Source of the DNA: Octopus bimaculoides
Lineage: Eukaryota
DNA length: 52,812 nt
Reading direction: 5' to 3'
NCBI RefSeq assembly: GCF_001194135.2
Contig: NC_068994.1
Location: 25,484,944 to 25,537,755, forward strand
The position numbers and the translations under genes are program-made. Positions 48,422 to 52,812 of this stretch are shown piece by piece. Numbering within the stretch: the stretch's first letter is position 1; every line of letters begins with the position of its first letter. The notes under the pieces are model-generated. The model was not told where the DNA came from, made no database searches, and was given only the letters and a program-made list of their open reading frames with translations.

Positions 48422-49439
48422 CAGAGAAAGAGAGAGAGGAGAGACAAGAACATGAGTGTAGGTTTTTATTAATAATCGGCAGAAGTTAGGGTGACTCAGT
48501 TTCGCACGTAACTCTCACTGTAACATCTACTGATAAAAATAGTGTGTGTGGGGGGGGGGAGAGATTCTCTTCAGTTTTTAGTTATTTGAATTCTTCCTCT
48601 GAGGAAAGAGCTGGTTCCTAACATAGATACAAAACCCCATCGCTGGAAAGTATATGTGGAATCTACATTTTATTTTCCTGGCTGAGATTCGAAACTGAAT
48701 CTTAGAATTCTCGCTCGCCGGTAGCACTCCCTATTTGTTGACCAAGCGGGAAAATCTTTTTGTCCTGTCAAAAGTGATTGATGAGTTTCCACTCGACCTC
48801 CGACCTGGCTGTGTCACAGAAAGTTCAAATGGACAGCAAGTGTGCTAAATGAACATAAGTTACCCTTATGATGGTATATCCATCTTTCTAGTTAGAATGG
48901 GACATTATAAATACCAGTTCTACAGACAGATACAAGCAGTCAGCAGAGTGAGACAAGGGAGACCCGACAGAGCAACAATGTAGAAAGACAACACAGATGA
49001 AGCAATAGGCGAATGCACACACAGATACAAAGTATGTCTTTGTACTGTCTTGTCCCATCAACTTTCTCTTTCCTCCGTTCTACTTTGCACATTTCTCTGT
49101 GTACACAACTTCACCGACTCAAAGTAGTTGGCTGCATTATGTAGTGGCATATTTGTTCATATTTCAAATCAAGCTTTCAGTATCCAACAAGTGAATGCAA
49201 CTGTGACCAAATAAATAATGTAAGCTACATTCCTATTCTTTCTTCATTGTTTTCTTCGATACTGGTCCAACATGCCTAACATCATCTGCTACACCTGGGA
49301 ACTTACACTGATCCCTCAACATCTCATTCTGTTACAAAGATAACAAAAATGTTACCTTTTAAACTTGAGAAAAGTCTTGCATATTTTTACTGTTCCACTT
49401 ACATATTATATTTGTAATGTGCGAGTTAATTGGTTGATT

Positions 49440-49520
49440 TCTTATTTTGAAAACCCTAGTTTATCCAGATAGTTACTTAGGCATTTACTTACAAAGCCGA
49501 GTGCACCAATTATTATTGAT
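49440..49520 (-). mobile_element. RLE-type LINE C-terminal relic
   Basis: FISIIIGALGFVSKCLSNYLDKLGF matches the IPIVIGALG...L..LG motif. Confidence 0.55.
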
Positions 49521-50061
49521 ATAAATGTGAATTTATAATCTGGATATATATATATCATGAAAATACAAATTTCATAACTTGTGAAGTAAACACAGCGATA
49601 TGACTCAGCACAGAGCCTCATGAAGGTCACTGCTAGCTCTCACTACCCTTACAACTGTGTGCTACCATTTGTTAGTGCACTACAGAATTAGTTCAGGAAT
49701 TTTCTGAAACATGTCTGTATATGAAGTATGTGTCTATATATATCTTCATCATCATCATTTAATATCCACCTTCCATGCTGGCATGGGTGGGACTATATAT
49801 ATATATATGTATGGGCAAATTGAGGATATAATGTCCTCCTAAGGGATTATAAAATCCAGAGATCAACTGGTGTTATCAATGATATATTGGGAAAATTCTC
49901 TCAATATATAGGGATAAACAGTCTAATTTACATTTATGAATATAAGAAAATGGAGAAAAAATATTGTGGATACTTATTTTATTCGTATCACAATAAGACA
50001 TAGCAAATAGTTAAATACAAATAAAATTTAAAAGAACATAGATTAACATAAGCATAAAAAA

Positions 50062-50189
50062 TGCCTACACATGTTTCAATCTGGTCACTATGTAAACAGT
50101 ACTTCAGATCCACAAGGTTTGAACCATGTTAAGAGTTTTAGATGTAAGTTCAGATGTGAGTTTGAAAGTGACCAGATATCTTCAGGGCA
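50062..50189 (-). ncRNA. Type I hammerhead ribozyme, near-intact, with long stem II loop
   Basis: UGCC-CUGAAGA-U-AUCUGGUCAC...(79 nt)...GUGACCAGAU-U-GAAA-CAUGUGU-A|GGCA: 4-bp stem I, 10-bp stem II and a GUA cleavage triplet. There is a U-U mismatch at the base of stem II. Confidence 0.7.
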
Positions 50190-50479
50190 GCCTTGTGCTA
50201 ATGCTTACATATTTTTTCACAGGAATTCAAGTTGGTGGTAAAAAATTTATTAGATAAGATGGATCAGGACCACATATTCATATGTTAAGTATTTAAGTAA
50301 TGCAAACATTATGTTGTAAGAAAAGTAAGAGAGGATGTCGGGCATAGTCAACCTTGGCGGAATCTGAACTCAACGTAAAGACGGATGAAATACTGTTAAG
50401 CATTTTGCCAGGCATGCTAACATTTCTGCCAGCTTGGTGCCTTAATAATGACAAATATTTGGCTACATTGGCTACATAA

Positions 50480-51328
50480 CAAATATTCGGCTACAGTGGT
50501 AACATCGACAACACCCCCTCCACATCCTGCAATAACATTACCAACGCCACCCCCACCCCCACCTTTGCCAACACGAACACCAACGGCCTCAGCAACACTA
50601 TCGTTGACTGCAGCACCAGCAACAGTGACATTGTCAATCCCCGCAGCATCATTGTCGACAGCACCTGCAACAACAACAATAACAGCAGCAGCAGCAACAC
50701 TAGTAGCAGTGATGGCAGCAACAGCAGCAACATCAACATCGGCAGGCTTAGTAACACCAACACATGTACCACCAGCAACACACGCAGAGGTAGTAATACT
50801 ACCAATGCAACCACCACCTCCAGTGTCACCACCACCAACAGCCCCAGCTCCAGCAACACCAGAATCAACACCATCAACAGCAGCAGCAGTAGCAGCAACA
50901 ACAACAGCAATGGTAGGCACAGCACCGACTCCACACATCCAAGGAAATACATTGGATGCCCGGGAACTTCCTTTAAGAAACGCCTTTCCAACCATAGATC
51001 CTCCTTCAGGATCCTAGAAAGGAGATGTGCAACATCGCTGGCCAGCCATATCTGGAAACTGAAGGAAGATGGAATTCCATATGCGATAACATGGAAAATC
51101 CTCCATCGTCTGGGTCCATACATAAATGGAACAAAACGCTGCAAGCTATGCATAGCCGAATACATGGAAATCCTGAAAAAGTCACATGTACCAGGGTCCA
51201 TACTGAACTCCAGAACGGAGATATTCGGGCCGTGCTTGCATTTCAGAAGGTTTCTGTTAGTGTTTTGGGAACTGCATAATAGCAATATTAGCGGTATTAA
51301 CAATAATTACACCACAGCTAGATATTGA
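50480..51328 (+). mobile_element. Penelope-like remnant: S/N/T-rich linker fused in frame to the C-terminal part of a GIY-YIG nuclease
   Basis: Open frame of 282 codons with no upstream ATG. YIG at 50948 is followed by CPGTSFKKRLSNHRSSF...SLASHIWKLK...RCKLCIAE...ILNSRTE...CLHF. The GIY half is missing. Confidence 0.85.
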
Positions 51329-51417
51329 TTGCCGAAAGGTGGCATAGCTGAAGGAGGATGACACAGCTGGAAGCCAATGAACAACATCAAAGGGAGATAA
51401 TCCCATTGTTCATATCT

Positions 51418-51507
51418 GTGTACCCTCACTCAGTATACCCTCACTAGGTATACCCTCACCCGGTCTACTCTCACTTGGTATACCCTCACTCAGTATACCC
51501 TTCCCTT
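51418..51507. repeat. 15-bp tandem minisatellite, about 6 units (GTATACCCTCACTnn)
   Basis: Seen directly in the sequence. Confidence 0.9.
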
Positions 51508-51764
51508 CCCTTGATGATGTCAGTCTGCTTTACTCACTTGCCATACCCTCCTCTTCAAGTTAGCATTCTATAAAAATAAATAAATGAAAAATATGATGCT
51601 GATTGTCTGCTGGTATTTGTGTGTGTGTGTGTGTGTGTACATGTGTATGCTGTATGAGACTGTGTTTGTGTTTGTATGTGTACGTAACTGAATGAGACAG
51701 TGTGTTTGTATGTGAGATTAACTGGTAATAACCGAAGTATTATTTCACAAATTGTGAGCAGATG

Positions 51765-52000
51765 ATAGCTATATTCTTTTATTCTTTTACTTGTTTCAGT
51801 CATTTGACTGCGGACATGCTGGAGCACTGCCTTTAGTTGAACAAATCAACCCCAGGACTTATTTTTTGTAAGCCTAGTACTTATTCTATTAGTCTGTCTT
51901 GCTGAACCGCTAAGTTATGGGGACATAAACACACCAGCATCGGTTGTCAAGCGATGTTGGGGGGACAAACACAGACACAAACATATACATACATACATGA

Positions 52001-52042
<42 letters not shown>

Positions 52043-52120
52043 GGCTTCTTTCAGCTTTCGTCTACCAAATCCACTCACAAGGCTTTGGTTGGCTCGAGGC
52101 TATTGTAGAAGACACTTGCC
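51765..52120 (-). mobile_element. tRNA-derived SINE (same family as 43856 and 45245)
   Basis: ctaccaaatccactcacaaggctttggttggctcgaggctattgtagaagacacttgccc, internal (TA)n and the family 3' end. Confidence 0.85.
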
Positions 52121-52202
52121 CATTAATGTACGTTTGTATGTATATATACATGTGTGTATGGATATACATATATATATATATATATATATGTGTATTTCTA
52201 TA

Positions 52203-52244
<42 letters not shown>

Positions 52245-52250
<6 letters not shown>

Positions 52251-52349
52251 GATTGGAGCCTGGTGTTGCCATCCGGTTTCACCAGTCCTCAGTCAAATCG
52301 CCCAACCCATGCTAGCATGGAAAGCGGACGTTAAACGATGATGATGATA
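52245..52349 (+). mobile_element. RTE 3' tail fragment
   Basis: Nearly identical to 683-783, ending in (GAT)n. Confidence 0.85.
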
Positions 52350-52544
52350 TATATGTATATATACATATGTGCTTCCCTTTCTCTCTCACATACACTCACA
52401 GACGTGTGTAAACAGGAAAAGTTGTTAAGAATTATCAACAAAAACAAAGCTGATAAATACACACAGGTGTTGCAAATTAAGTTTAATTACCAATAAATAT
52501 CAGCTTGGATGACACTTTACTCAACTGAATAAAATATATAAGAT

Positions 52545-52812
52545 GTACCCAGTGCAAGCTATGGACACATAAGAGGTGCAGCAATATCAAAGGCAGATTA
52601 ACTACAAAGTTAGTCTTTGTATGTGGCAGATGTTCAGGTGCAATAAACACTGTGAACAAACAGGAAACAACTTCTATCTCATTCCAGGGAGAAAAACTAG
52701 AGGTAGTTGATAGCTTCCGCTATCTGGGTGACCAAGTTAGTAGTGGGGGTGGGTGCGCTGAAAGTGTAACTGCTAGAATAAGAATAGCCTGGGCAAAGTT
52801 TAGAGAGCTCTT
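52545..52812 (+). mobile_element. RTE LINE fragment running off the window
   Basis: CTQCKLWTHKRCSNIKG...SFRYLGDQVSSGGGCAESVTARIRIAWAKFREL. Confidence 0.85.

Noticed and set aside
48675-48752. Minus-strand tRNA-like sequence
   Set aside because: Only a TTCGAAT motif and a partial acceptor stem are present. D and anticodon arms cannot be formed.
49168-49230. Plus-strand micro-exon candidate (tttcag|...AAT|gtaagc)
   Set aside because: There is no homology and no partner exon, and such sites occur often by chance.
49610-49720. GAAACATGTC with palindromic stem III (hammerhead candidate)
   Set aside because: The upstream core is CTCATGA rather than CTGANGA, and stems I and II do not pair.
50448-51017. 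Mucin/extensin gene
   Set aside because: There is no signal peptide or splice context. The tract is open in several frames and runs into a PLE endonuclease, so it is better explained as a low-complexity linker.
51954-52282. ORFs rich in YI repeats
   Set aside because: These are (TA)n microsatellite artefacts.

Overview
AT-rich, repeat-dense animal genomic DNA. The SINE, RTE and Penelope repertoire suggests an octopus/cephalopod, which is an inference. The host gene is EXOC4 (Sec8) on the minus strand. Four coding exons were assembled by hand with GT-AG sites and consistent phases (20061-20101, 4183-4271, 3180-3242, 1316-1454), plus a candidate ATG exon at 46027-46062; the gene continues beyond the left edge. 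Its introns hold a nested set of decayed mobile elements: RTE and BovB-like LINEs, an RLE-type LINE, tRNA-derived SINEs, Ty3/Gypsy elements and LTRs, a hAT, three Tc1/mariner copies, Penelope-like elements (PLEs), a fold-back MITE and a Helitron-like end. Many have readable TSDs or TIRs. The most notable observations are: (i) a complete type I hammerhead ribozyme (20531-20618) on the EXOC4 sense strand, between an uninterrupted PLE GIY-YIG nuclease ORF and the next EXOC4 exon; (ii) a second near-intact hammerhead (50062-50189) and two CpG-decayed relics; (iii) an unidentified 121-aa ORF in a spliced terminal exon (33871-34322) apparently nested on the same strand within EXOC4 intron 1; (iv) fold-back hairpins at element truncation junctions and a decayed tRNA-like cloverleaf. 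All identifications come from recognising motifs by eye; no database searches were run. Most TE boundaries without a TSD or TIR are approximate.
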